From NCBI RefSeq assembly GCF_006345805.1, contig NC_042998.1, positions 113,646,001 to 113,710,000 of the forward strand: DNA of 64,000 nucleotides, in the 5' to 3' direction. The stretch is from Octopus sinensis (taxonomy: Eukaryota). Below, piece by piece: positions 40,250 through 53,969 of the stretch (its first letter is position 1; every line of letters starts with the position of its first letter). The position numbers and the translations under genes are program-made. The notes beneath the pieces are model-generated. The model was not told the DNA's origin. It saw only the letters and a list, made by a program, of their open reading frames with translations, and did no database searches.

Positions 40250-40709
40250 TCATACAGTGTGAGATAGAGATAGAGGCAAAGAAAGAGAGACATACACACA
40301 CAAACCACGTATGTGTATGAATATAAGTATCTATGCACCCCCCTCTCTCTCTCACTCTCTCTCTCTCTATAAATATATACACATATATACTGATAAAGAG
40401 AGAGAGAGAGAGAGAAAGAGGGAGAGAGAGAGGACAGGGACAGAGAGAGGGAGAGAGAGAGGCAATCAGAGAGAGATGAAGGGAGTGTTGTGTGTGAGTG
40501 GAAATGTAAAAAGGGGTGGCAAGAATGAGAGGAGGGAGAAAATTGTAGTTATGCTTGAATTAGGCAAAAGGCTATATTTCTCTCTTGTCAGACAATAGAG
40601 CATTAATTTGCGTAAATATAGAGTTTCACGGAATACTCACACCGCACTCCATCCCCTCACAACACACGATCTCTTTTATAAAGTTACTATATGCTTTTCA
40701 TTTTCTCAG

Positions 40710-40856
40710 GAAATAAAAGAACAGAGCCCACGGAAAGATCTTGCCGCAAGGCCTTTCTTTTCTCTCCCCGCTGCCACCGAACACCTACACTCTTTTCCCT
40801 TTTCAACTGCAGGGCGGACATTTAAGAAGAGAAGTAAGTCACTCTCTGATGTGAAG
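40710..40856 (+). CDS. Candidate internal coding exon of an unidentified host gene (147 nt, phase 0-0)
   Basis: Acceptor CTTTTCATTTTCTCAG|, open frame EIKEQSPRKDLAARPFFSLPAATEHLHSFPFSTAGRTFKKRSKSLSDVK, donor AAG|GTAGAT. Nested alternative sites at 40813 and 40833. Unique sequence. Confidence 0.3.
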
Positions 40857-41057
40857 GTAGATATAGTCATTTGTTAAATATGACGCTGACTTAAGCGGCC
40901 CAGACAACAGAGCTGGCGAACAACTCAATTAGTGGCAGTCTTAAACAGTATACTGTTTCTTTTTAAGGTGCTCAATACTGATTATTTAATTTTGCTGACA
41001 TACATGCCGCCGCCCCACTTCCTACCAACCACCACCACCACCACTACCACCACCACC

Positions 41058-41089
<32 letters not shown>

Positions 41090-41449
41090 CAGCAACAACA
41101 ACAACTACAACAACAACAACAGTAACAACATCAAAATCTGGTATCTTTTGTTAGTTTGCAATACGTTGAAATAAATTCGAGAGTATTTATCTTCAACCAT
41201 GTATCATCCTCGTCAGCTTGTTACAGACAGTTATCTACCTCTCAGCTCACACAGAACACACCTCACGGTGTTCACATAGATTCACTTGCACACATGCAAA
41301 CAAAGACAGAGACAGACACAAATAAAATATAAGGCAAAATTACCAAAATAACATACATACACACACACAAACAGACATACGTATATGAGATCATTAACGA
41401 CTTGGACATTATGTATATTATATATATATATATATAATATTATATATAT

Positions 41450-41481
<32 letters not shown>

Positions 41482-41490
41482 CAAACATAT

Positions 41491-41524
<34 letters not shown>

Positions 41525-41526
41525 CA

Positions 41527-41564
<38 letters not shown>

Positions 41565-41656
41565 GCTTCCATCTCCTGAGCGCCTATAATAATAATACTG
41601 TAATTGTTCCTGTTGTGTTGTTTTTTTTGTTTCCCTTTTGGATTAAAATTATATAT

Positions 41657-41705
<49 letters not shown>

Positions 41706-41895
41706 AATATATATATGTATATATGTTATATATAAAACTTTGATATGTTTCAACAAAGATTGGTACGGGTCATGTCTAACTTAATAGCACCACCTGATAG
41801 GATTATCTAAATCCTGTTTAAGTGAAGTTTTGTTTATGGTCCATTCAAGTAGTGAGTTTTTGTTGGGTGAGTTGTATTCAATTATGTATATATAT

Positions 41896-41927
<32 letters not shown>

Positions 41928-42092
41928 GCATATATATATACAAATATATATACATACACACACACACACATATATATGTATATACATATACATACATACA
42001 TACATACATATATATATACACATATATATATACGCCTATTTACCTATTTAGTATGTGTAAGTATGTATACGTACATATATATGTATACGTAC

Positions 42093-42123
<31 letters not shown>

Positions 42124-42159
42124 AATATATATGTATGTATATATATCTTCTTAATAAAG

Positions 42160-42191
<32 letters not shown>

Positions 42192-42307
42192 GACGGGTTA
42201 AGAAATCATTAAGATTCATTTGAATTAGGTACTTTAGTTGAGGCACCAAGTCTTTCCAGTATTGTCCGCACAACTCGAAGTTAGGTGAATAAAAAGCAAT
42301 AATTATA

Positions 42308-42377
<70 letters not shown>

Positions 42378-42383
42378 TTATAT

Positions 42384-42775
42384 ATTAATCAAAATAAGAA
42401 CATGATGACAAGAATTCAGCGGTACATATGTTTCGGGCCTTTATTAGACGGATTTATAACAATGCATAATGTGTGTCTATGGCCTTTTTCAGCCGCGCTG
42501 GTACCCCATTATGTCGTACGCGACTGAGAGGATTTGCACCCCCAACGTAGAATCTTTGATGTAATACATGTCCTTGAAGTAGTAATTGCGCGCGGCTGAA
42601 GAAGGCCATAGACACACATTATGCATGGTTATAAATCCGTCTAATAAAGGCCCGAAACATATGTACCGCTGAATTTTTGGCATCATGTTTTTATTTTGAT
42701 TAATTTACTCCACCACCTACACCACCAAATGGTATATACAGGTGCTTACAGTTATCAAGTACTCACCCTTAATTT
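42384..42775 (+). mobile_element. Penelope-type pLTR with 5' inverted copy (arms 42384-42498 and 42590-42704) and 3' tail
   Basis: 115-bp arms with few mismatches; flanked by (TA)n on both sides. Confidence 0.88.
42592..42669 (+). ncRNA. Type I hammerhead ribozyme
   Basis: GCGG-CTGAAGA-A-GGCC..GGCC-C-GAAAC-ATAT-GTA-CCGC: stem I GCGG/CCGC, palindromic stem III ACATATGT, GUA site. The mirrored copy has CTGAAAA. Confidence 0.82.
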
Positions 42776-43146
42776 ATATATATATATATATAGGGGTAGG
42801 GAAAAATATCTGACATTCATTAATTTATCACCAACAACAAAATCTTAACTGTCAATTCACAATGGTTTTAATTCTAAGGGGATGTAGACTGCTTGCTGCA
42901 TTGGGTCTGTTGAATGTGATAAGGTTAAAAGTGAATGTAGCTAAATCACCATTCATCTTTGTTGACTCCCATTATTTCCTTCTGCCACTCTAAATTATAG
43001 TAGGCTTTAGGTATTCTGTCCCTAAATTCATTCTGCTACAATAATAGCTAAAAGAAGCAATGCATTTCAGTCTCTAGCACTGATGAAAAATTTGCTAAAG
43101 ATTATAATGGAGTATCCTGTATGTTGGAAATGTATGCTGTCGTACG

Positions 43147-43229
43147 TATCCGAAGAGAGCAGTTTATTTCAAATGGATGTAATGTTTGCATTGATTGATT
43201 AAATGGAGACACTTGAAACGGCCGTAATG
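43147..43229 (+). ncRNA. Degenerate hammerhead (CCGAAGA..GAAACGGCCGTA)
   Basis: U4 to C change in the core; palindromic ACGGCCGT. Same family as 4581-4754. Confidence 0.5.
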
Positions 43230-43262
43230 CACAAAGACCTGGACATCTTCGTTACTTTTTTG

Positions 43263-43359
<97 letters not shown>

Positions 43360-43707
43360 AATATTCATAACTAAAGTATTAATCAATAACTTTAAATAAA
43401 TAATTCTGCAGATATGTAGTGAGAACTTTTCTTCTGTTTAAAGAATCAAACATGGATACACACACACGTATGTATGTATGTATGTATGTATGTATGTATG
43501 TATGTATGTATGTATGTATGTATGTATGTATGTATGTATGTATGTACGTACGTATGTATGTATGTATGTATGTATGTATGTACGTACGTATGTATGTATG
43601 TATGTATGCATGTATGTATGTATGTATGCATGTATGTATGTATGTATGTATGTATGTATGTATGTATGCATGTACGTATGTATGCATGTGTGTGTATATA
43701 TATGTAT

Positions 43708-43820
43708 ATGCGTGGTCTGATCAATAAGTATCCGGACTGTTGCCATAGTGAAACCGCTTGGCATAGATGACCGTGAATTCTGCTGTGCATGTGCACTAAG
43801 TGTTAATGTTCTAGCTCACA
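43708..43820. mobile_element. Mariner-like terminal fragment
   Basis: TA-(C/T)GCGTGGTCTGATCAATAAGTATCCGGACT resembles a mariner TIR start. No partner TIR seen. Confidence 0.5.
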
Positions 43821-44249
43821 TATATACTGTATGTGAGAATCCTCTTTGGTACTATCTGGTGACACAACGTTAAACTGATTAGCGGTGTTTTGCTCGTCTG
43901 TAGTAGAGATCTTTCTGTCAGCCTTCTGGAAGGATCGCCTACGTCTGAAGACGTCATTCTAGGCCAAAAGCTGTGTTTTCGCACATATTGTCTACAAAGA
44001 GAATGCTGTCATACGGGGCAATTTAAGCAAAGCCTTTTCATGCCCGAATGTACAAGAACATGTTGAATATGATTGAATACCAATGTATGTATGTATGTAT
44101 GTATGTATGTATGTATGTATGTATGTATGTATGTATGTATGTATGTATGTATGTATGTATGTATGTGTGTGTGTGTGTATGCATGTATGTATGTATGAAT
44201 ATATATGCATGCATGCATGTGTGTATGTAAGTATGTATGTATGTGCAGA

Positions 44250-45395
44250 TTTGTATGTTTTGTTTTATGTAAGCATTCTCATACATATAGTTTAGACATG
44301 CTCATATATACTTAAATGATAGACTTCTAGAAAGTTTTACAGATTTTTACAGTTCTAGTGATGGGTTGGATCTATAGTCTTTGAATCAACTTTCTCCTCT
44401 CTGGTTCTGAGAAGCCTAATTTATTAAGATTGGTATTTAGGCAGTGTCTTACATATCCCAGTGCCCCAATAATTAGAATATAAACCTGAATTTGTAATCT
44501 GAATAGAGTAACTGCAAATTTCTCAATAGTTCGGTGTAGGTATTTTCTTTTGCACTAATCTTTAGCTTTACGTTAACATCTGCTTGGATTCTGATTTCCT
44601 CAACTGTACACAGTTTTTCTTCTCTATCCCAGATCATTATATCAGGTCTAATGTATTTACATTTTATCAAGGTTTTCACTGGGACATTCCACCAGTACTT
44701 CTTTTTATAATGAGTGGCGATGGCTGTAATCGGGAGTATCCTTCAGACGGATCTTATTATACAGTGTCCTAGCCACAATATTATAACTCATCGGGAGATA
44801 ATACCTTGATGATATTTTCGGGCAACTGCTTATGGGTAATCTGTTTGCAAGTGAGTGTCCTCTTTTTGCTGTCTCCAAACATCATTCCTATCTCCTTCTT
44901 TACTTTCTGTTGGTGGGACGTATAGGGATTTGCTTGTTTGCATGCAAACGTATGTATGTATGTCATTATTCAGTTTATTTCAAGATTTTTTTGGCCAATA
45001 GAAAAATAACATGTTTCTAACCTAGTTCCAAGGCTCCTTCACTGGAATTTCAACATCAACAACGGGGTATTTTTGTTTGTCTGTCTGTATGTATGAATGT
45101 GCATATTTGCATGTATTTGTACCTATGTATGTATGTGCAGATTTTTATGTTTTATGTATGTATTCTCGTACATATAGTTGCATATCTAGACATGCTCATA
45201 TATATCTAACTGATAAACTTCTGGAAAGTTTAACAGATTTTTACAGTTCCAGTGATGGATTGGATCTGTAGTGGCCTTTCTGGTTTTGAGAAGCCTAATT
45301 TCTCAAGATTGGTGTTTAGGCAGTGTGTTACATATCCCAGGGCCCCAATAATTACAGTCATAAACATCAACTTGTAAACTGGATAGAGTAACTGT
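44250..45395 (-). mobile_element. Two tandem R4/Dong-type LINE 3' fragments (44250-44945, 44963-45395)
   Basis: ISSCPKISSRYYLPMSYNIVARTLYN (CCHC end plus degenerate RHD) and RPDIMIWDREEKLCTVEEI (PD-(D/E)xK RLE). Duplicated C-terminus and 3' UTR. Embedded in (CATA)n. Confidence 0.88.
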
Positions 45396-45536
45396 ATGTA
45401 TATCAACATGAATGTACGTATGAATGCATGTGTGTGTATGTAAGTATGTATGTATGTATATACGCACTTACACACATATTTATGTATATATTATATACTG
45501 TATATATATAAATATATATATATGTATATATAAATA

Positions 45537-45603
<67 letters not shown>

Positions 45604-45711
45604 CATACAAAATAACACAATTTATAATCTTCGAATTTTTAAATATGCTAAGCCACTGGTTTTAATTGATTAACACTCAATTTCTACCCTTATTATTTAA
45701 TTATATATATA

Positions 45712-45771
<60 letters not shown>

Positions 45772-46818
45772 GGTATATATATATGCGTGTGTGTGTGCAT
45801 ATATGTATGTGCGTGCGTGTGTGAGTGTGTGTGTGTATATAATCTCTTTTTATTTACCAGAAATGATAACGTACAGGACTCAATACATATGATGCTACTT
45901 TAAGACTAGTTACTTAGTCCTTGACTGACTTCTTTCTCCAGTACTTCCTCCATCCTATATATTAGGCCTTGATAAGTTCTTTGAATGTTACCCTTTCACT
46001 TTTAACGAAAATATTTAAAGTATATTATTGTAATTTTAGAAAAAGTGCAGTTGCTGGATGATAACCATGCGAGACACTAGATCTGTAGGGGATTAATTCC
46101 TTTCGTTCCTATATTCAATTTGGCAGAAGAACCACGGTCACATTTGCTATTAAATTTTCAGAATGAAAATGTACTCTATGAAGCTAATGCATGTAAAACC
46201 ATTTTTTTCTTGTTTACAAAGACTAAACCATGTAGTTTACAAGATTAAAAAGTACATTTGTTTTTAAAATTAGCTGAAGGTGTGGACGTTCTCTCGCATG
46301 TATTAACTTACAGGTGGATGAAACGGCAATAAAGTGGCCTTTACAACTCCGTTCATTTTCACGGCTTACATAAGTTTCTTGCACCTCGCAACCTATTACA
46401 ACTGGGGAATCAGACGTACAAAATGTTAATCTTTGAAGTCATCTCAAATCAATCTCTTGTCTACAAAGTGACTTAGTTACTGGGTGGTGCGGAACACTGG
46501 TGGTTTAGAAGATGGATTAGAAACAAAAATAAATAAACACTTCAAAATAAATCCTTTGTATTATCATTTGCTTTTTCTAAAAGGATAGGATTTGATTTCA
46601 TAATTATAGATTATGTAACTAAATTCTGAATCTTTTGGATTTTACACAAAATATTTTCTGTTTATTAAACCTACCAAAATTTACTTTCAGGTAAATAAGA
46701 ACGAGGCTGTATCTGAAGTGAGAATACGACATTATAGATGTGATACGAATCAGGTGGGTAAAATATCTACTCTCTATACAAATAATATTTCCATTCTCCT
46801 AAAATGCAGTGATATCAG

Positions 46819-46859
<41 letters not shown>

Positions 46860-47613
46860 ACACACACCCACACACACACACATAGTCACAAAAGAGTCGT
46901 AACAATAAAATCTAAAAGAAACAAAAAATTATTACTGTATGACATTTATAGAAAACTATTGGTGATAAATATAAATTTTATATTTGGTGAAGTCAAACAT
47001 AAAATACAACCGTTTGTAAACACTGTCTTTGAGATTCGGGAAGACGATAAAATATTGAAGTATATTATACACAGTAAGAAATATAGATTTAACACTTTGG
47101 CACAATTAAAATACAGACATTATTGTTTTTTCCAATTCTTCTTATTGATAATAAAAAAGTTTTCAAAAAAGGTATCGTAAATAATAAATTATTGGATTCT
47201 AACATCGACACAAGGCTATAAATTATATGAGAGAGGATTTTATATTCAATTAAATCGACTACTGTAGTTCATTGGCACTTATCTCGGTCAAGCACTGAAC
47301 GAATGGTAAAGTTGACATCGGTAGAATTTGCTAAACAAAGCACAGAGCGTTGCTAAACATTTTGTTCAGCGTTCTATTTCGGTCTGTTTAGACGATGAAG
47401 ATTCATTTGTTCAATCAACTGAATCACTTAGTCCTTAGATTTACGTGTAAGTAGATCAACATCATACAGATTCACAGGTATAATCCATTGGACGGGCGGA
47501 CTTATATATAGTTTTCGTCTATTTAATATACATACATACACACTATTGTCTGCAGTTGCTTTACCTGATTTTACACATAGGTGATTATACTATATAATTA
47601 AATAATACCAACA

Positions 47614-47646
<33 letters not shown>

Positions 47647-47881
47647 GCAATACACGATGAAATTTCAAAAGTTTTCTTAACTATGCACGGAATATGTGAA
47701 GAAACTGTTTTTAATTTCCAGTTTTTTCTGATTCCCAAATTTTTGACTTTCAATTCTTAATATATGACAAGATGGACATACACATTAAAAAAGGGAAATA
47801 TTTTATAAAAAGTTATTCATTGTAACAAATATAAAACAATCCTTAAACATACTTTCGTGCATGTATGTCGGTATATATGTA

Positions 47882-47918
<37 letters not shown>

Positions 47919-48538
47919 GTAGATATTATATATCATTTACTATTCATTATTTAATTGAACTCGACGCATGCATTTTATCTCCACCTTTTTGATGCAACTA
48001 TCTACTCTATACTGTTTTCTTCCTCCATCCTTCTCTAATTCCCCTTTCTCCTCCTCCCTCCTTCACCGTTTTCATCTCTCTCTCTCTCCCCTCTTCCTTT
48101 TTCTCTCTCTCTTTCTTTCGTTGCTCACACGTGACCATCATCCATCTTTCTTTTCCTGCACGGACATTCAAAAGAAGGGACGTGATTTTTTTCTCTCTTT
48201 TCTATCTTTTCTCTTTTCAAAAATGTTTTCTTCCGGCGTTCACTACCCCCCCCCCCTTCTGGTCTCACTGCCCTCCGTGTTTGTTTTCGTTCGGTTTCCT
48301 TCTATGTCTCCACTGTCATGGTTTTGTTCCTAACTTTGACCCTCCATAAGTCATAAATTTTATTTTAGAATCTATTGGAGCAACTGTCTTTGAAGACTCA
48401 TATTGTTGTTGAATGCTCGTAATGAGAAGTAGACAGACAGCCGACAACTGGTGAAGGATCCTTTCTCTGTGTTTCCGTGTCCTGTCTTCCATTTTTTAAA
48501 CTTGTTTGTTTACGTATTTCATGCTTTTTGTACTGTTG

Positions 48539-48635
48539 GCTTTCGTTCGTTAACCGAACTCTTCTTGATGAGTTTGGTTAGCGGACGAAAGCGCTAGTAA
48601 AGAATTATCCAAAATCCCGACTGCCTCTTTTTTCT

Positions 48636-48640
<5 letters not shown>
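48539..48640 (+). mobile_element. Short pLTR fragment: hairpin 48539-48592 with hammerhead-like TTGATGA-GTTT..GGAC-GAAAGCGCTA
   Basis: ~23-bp arms with 3 mismatches; palindromic stem III AGCGCT. Confidence 0.6.
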
Positions 48641-48673
<33 letters not shown>

Positions 48674-48682
48674 TATATATAT

Positions 48683-49155
48683 ACAATTTATAAGTAAGAG
48701 CAAAAGAAAAAATTTCTAATGCCAGAATATGCCGAAAAAGACACTACGTCAATAACCATGTAATCTATCACTACAAGCACGTATTTCAAAGAAAGCCGAC
48801 AGAAATTTCTAAAAAATTCCGTTATTACCATATCGGACCCGATTTTAGAGTTAGTTCATAAGAACTGATTTCACTGATGAAGAGAAGGTTCTTATGAACT
48901 AACCCTGAAATCGGGTACGATATGGTAATAACGGAATTTTTTAGAAATTTCTGTCGGCTTTCTTTGAAATACGTGCTTGTAGTGATAAATTATATGATTA
49001 TTGACGTAGTGTCTTTTTTCGGCATATTTTGGCATTAGAAATTTTTTCTTTTGCCCTTACTTATAAATTGTTTATAAATTTAACCTTTAAAAGTATTTTT
49101 TAATATGCTGGCCATTGATAGAATTTTTTTCGAAAGATTCTATCCTATATTAGAT
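48683..49155 (+). mobile_element. Penelope-type pLTR hairpin (arms 48683-48865 and 48888-49071) plus 3' tail
   Basis: ~183-bp inverted arms. The loop contains CTGATGA (48874-48880); GAAATACGTG at 48966. Tail shared with 3772-3878. Confidence 0.88.
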
Positions 49156-49477
49156 ATATATGTGTGTGTATAATATATGTATATACATACATACACACAC
49201 ACACGCACACATATTTACAAACCGCGTGTGACGACAATAGATGTAGACCTCAATATCGTTAGAAATGGAAGACTATGATAGTTATGGTAGTTTATATACT
49301 GAGTTTCAAGTTTCTGTGTCAACGATACAATGATTGCTACACTTTTTCAGCTATTGCAAACATGAAAAGCTTTTTTCGCAGAAACTTCAATTTCTGTTTG
49401 TATATCTTCATACCTGTACCATTCAGTAAATATGTATGCCTTTTATATTATATATATATATATATATTATATATATA

Positions 49478-49508
<31 letters not shown>

Positions 49509-49953
49509 ATATGTGTGTGTGTGTTGTGTGTGTGGTGGTGTGTGTGTGTGTACATGCACACATATATGTATATACATGTTACCTGTACACACACACACAC
49601 ACACACTCATAAAATATTATTATTTTTTACAAGGAGACTGATAACAGATAGAAAGATATGTCAAAAGATGAGTAGGTAGGTGCGTACGATACAGAAATTA
49701 AATGTTCTCAAAAAGTTATTAACCAATAATTTTTTTGGGTGTTTAAATTATATTGTTTGCATTCTGCCTTGGAGTTTAATAGAACCTAATTTGTAAATAA
49801 CATACATTCACACCAACTCTCTCTATCTGATCCTTTCTCTCATTTATGTACACAATGCTCGTGGACTGAAATACCCCCACTCCTCCCAAAACTATATATG
49901 TCGCACATTGTGCTTGGTGTTTTGCTAGTATCTTTCCAGCTTCCTCAACTAGA

Positions 49954-50017
<64 letters not shown>

Positions 50018-50080
50018 CAAAGTAAACTTGCAAGGTACCGCACGAGTGAAAATGCAGAGGTCTTTTAAAGATACTTATTG

Positions 50081-50123
50081 ACATGACCGGTTTCACTTTT
50101 TTTTAAAAAAGATTATCAAAAGT
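50081..50123 (-). ncRNA. Hammerhead-like motif with possible U3-A8 core
   Basis: ACTT-TTGATAA-T-CTTTT..AAAAG-T-GAAACCGGTC-ATGT on the minus strand. Confidence 0.45.
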
Positions 50124-51779
50124 AAAATGTAATGCTTGGTATAAGCTTTGTTGTGTTCAAAATGGTTATCATAATTGTATTAAAATACAGTTATACAGCC
50201 TTTGATAATGATAAGAAAATGTTAGAAAAATAGAATCTATGACAATGATAAGGAAATGTTAAGAGGGCTTTTTCTTTAAAAAGTTTACATGAAAGTGTTC
50301 AAAATAGGTAGTAAAATAAATTTATAATTATTTTAAGTTCACCAAAAATCATGGTAGAATAAGAAACATATATACAGAAGGAAATATATTTAAGTATTTA
50401 TACGGAATTTTAGAGGAATTACAAACCTTTCCATTCATCATCTCCTGTCTTGTAGTGTGTATGAGATATGTTTGCTATTTTTAGACATAGTGTGGGAAGT
50501 TGGTTGGTGGGGGAGAGCATTGTGGAATCAAAGCAATTTCTTTGTTTCTGGGCTAGTCTGTAATGGTTTAGTGATTTTGGTGTGTGTGTGTGTGTGTACT
50601 TTCTATGTGTGTGTGTGTGTGTGTGTATCTGTGTACTTTCTATGTGTGTGTGTGTATGTGTATGTGCGCGCGCATGTGTGTATGTGTTTGTGTGTATGTG
50701 TTTGCTCGTGTGTGTGTATGTCTGCGTCTGTGTGTGTGCGTGTGTATGTTATTATTCTGTGTGGTGCGTGCATATGTTTGGGTGTATCATTGTGAGTGTT
50801 TCGTTTGTATTGTTTGTGCAGTGTGCGTGTATACATGTGGGCGTGTTTGTGTGAATGTGTCTATGTGTCTTGTATTTGTCTGGGTGGTGTGTGCCTGAAA
50901 TAGTTTTCAACATTTCCATGGAGAAATGTTTCGGTAGAGAACGCAATTTGCTTTGGCTGGCCAACTGAGAACAACAGCGCCACCATCCCTGTTATACGTG
51001 CAGGATGATCAGATATATTCTCCAAATATTCCCTTTCGGGTATTGAAAACTATCTCCATCAACTTAGTTATATGTCAGCAGGCTCAGTGTTTGGATCTTA
51101 TATTAATGAAACGCGGCTAACCACGGCCAACTGATTTCCATCTGCGATTCGATGCAGAAACGTGAAGAAGACCAAACAATCATGAGGGAAGAACGGCGAA
51201 CCACCACAAACAGCCTCCAAAGCAGAACTCCAACCAAAGAATATATATATACATATATATATACATAATATATATATACATATATATATATGTATATGTA
51301 TGTATATATTGTGTGTGTGTGTATGTATAAACATATCCTTGATGTAGAAAAGAAACATCCATCTTGTTCATCCCTCTCTCATCTGTACATACATACATAC
51401 ATACAGTTATATAGCACGTTCGGATGACCTCTACTTAACTCCTCGACGTCTAGACTTCTCCCTCTATATCTACGTATTGGGCTAGCCTACTTCATCGTAT
51501 GGGGGCGTCGACATAACACATACATACATACATCTATACATACACACACATACACACACACATGTATATGTATACACACACACACACAAATAGGATATAT
51601 GTGAGAAATATAGTGAGATTGTAATATATAAATATATTTGTGCATATGTGACTGTGTGCGTGTGTTTGTGCGTGAGAATATGTGTTGTATATATACGTAT
51701 GTATCTATAGTATTTTACGTAAAACATAATATATATATATATAGCGCACGCGAGTTAGAGAGAGAGAGAGATACAGATA

Positions 51780-51837
<58 letters not shown>

Positions 51838-52363
51838 TCAAAGGAAGGGGTAGAAAGAGCAATGATGATGAGGGGTTACTGGTAAATTTTTAACAGTTTC
51901 TGTCCAAAGTTTACTGATGAAGTTGTTGCCAAAAACTGGAAATACCTTTCGTTGGTTGCTTTTCGATTATCAAGAAAACGAGAAATTAATAAGAAAAACT
52001 CTTTGATCTTTGCGATGATTAGTGATATACTCGGAGATTTATTGAAGGCAGACTGAAAACAAAAAGAATTCAAGTTGTTAGCTATGAATCGTTTACTTCT
52101 ATTTATGCCTCATTTTCGCTTCTCTATTCGCCGCTTTTCACCTATTACGTACATATTTGAGACAAAGGAAACCTAACCTTGCACTAAAGCACACACACAC
52201 ACAGACACACACACACACAACAGCACGCACGCGCGCACACACACACACGCACGCGCACACACACACACACACACACATGGACACACATGGACAATATTTA
52301 CATATGTGCGTGTGTAAATCGATGGTTGTGTTCATATGTATATATGTCTCTGTGTGTATGTAT

Positions 52364-52417
<54 letters not shown>

Positions 52418-53211
52418 ATATGTTTATGTATATATGCTTATATATTATTTATATATATTATATTTATGCATATATACGTGTATATATACATTTATGTGCA
52501 TATATATGTATATATATATATTCACATACATGAACAGATCTTTATATATGTATGTGCGTATATATATATATATATATATATATATACTATATATATATAT
52601 ATATTGTAGTAATATCTACAATCTAGTATGTATGTATAATGTATGTATGTATGTATGTATCTATCTATCTATCTATCTCTCTCTCTCTATATATATATGT
52701 ACTACGTATACTTAAACGCACTTACTTGCATACACACACACACACACGCACACACATACACATACACACGTGCATCGTTTGATGCTAGCTGCTGTATGTA
52801 AATGCCTCATTTTCTCCCCTCATTCGCTGACTCCGCCATTTTACAGCCGGCAACTTATCTAACATTACATGAAAGGCTGAAAATATTTTCAACAATCTGA
52901 CCACTTAGCATTGATTGACCTTTATCATAACTGGCAAAATGTTATTTGATTCACATCTTAATTCTTCAATTTTTCTCATTCGTTACTTTCCCCGCCTCGT
53001 TTTCCTTTTCCTTTTCTTTGTTATTTTTTTTGCTTTTTCATTTTGTATTTTGTTTAATTTACATTTGTTTTCTTTCCCTCTTTCTTTCCTTCAAGTTATT
53101 TCTGAGTGCTCATTTGTTTTCGTTTGCTTTCTAATGTTTTTGTCTCACCATCTCTCCGTCGCCTACCTTTCTCATCTCCAACATATTCACACACAAACGC
53201 GCGTGCGCACG

Positions 53212-53242
<31 letters not shown>

Positions 53243-53475
53243 TTGAACAATAATAGATTTAATGAACACTTCCTAGATATATGTATGTACGTATATATAC
53301 ACGCATACATACACATACACACACATATATATATTTTGATATATACATATACATATATATAACAGTAAAGCTAATTGAAAGTTTTAACTTAACAGCAATA
53401 TTCAATCAAACTCATATAGTTCACGTTATTGAGGTGTCAATGCCTAAATTGAAACGTACAGAATTCTACCTATAT

Positions 53476-53547
<72 letters not shown>

Positions 53548-53607
53548 AATATATTATATATATATATATATTATATATATACATTTATATATATATATTT
53601 ATGTATG

Positions 53608-53639
<32 letters not shown>

Positions 53640-53901
53640 TGTATGTATACATACATACTCAAACACACACATGCATATGCACATACACATACATACAACA
53701 CACACACATAGAATAAATGCACACACACACATGTGTGTGTATACATATATATATGTTACTTAGTGTGTTTGTATATATATATATGTTACCTTGTGTCTGT
53801 GCACACATATCTGCACACATGTAGACGAATATATATATATTTGAATTTGTATTTCAGCATGTATGCATTGCGCACGCATACATAAACGTGTATATTTATA
53901 G

Positions 53902-53969
<68 letters not shown>

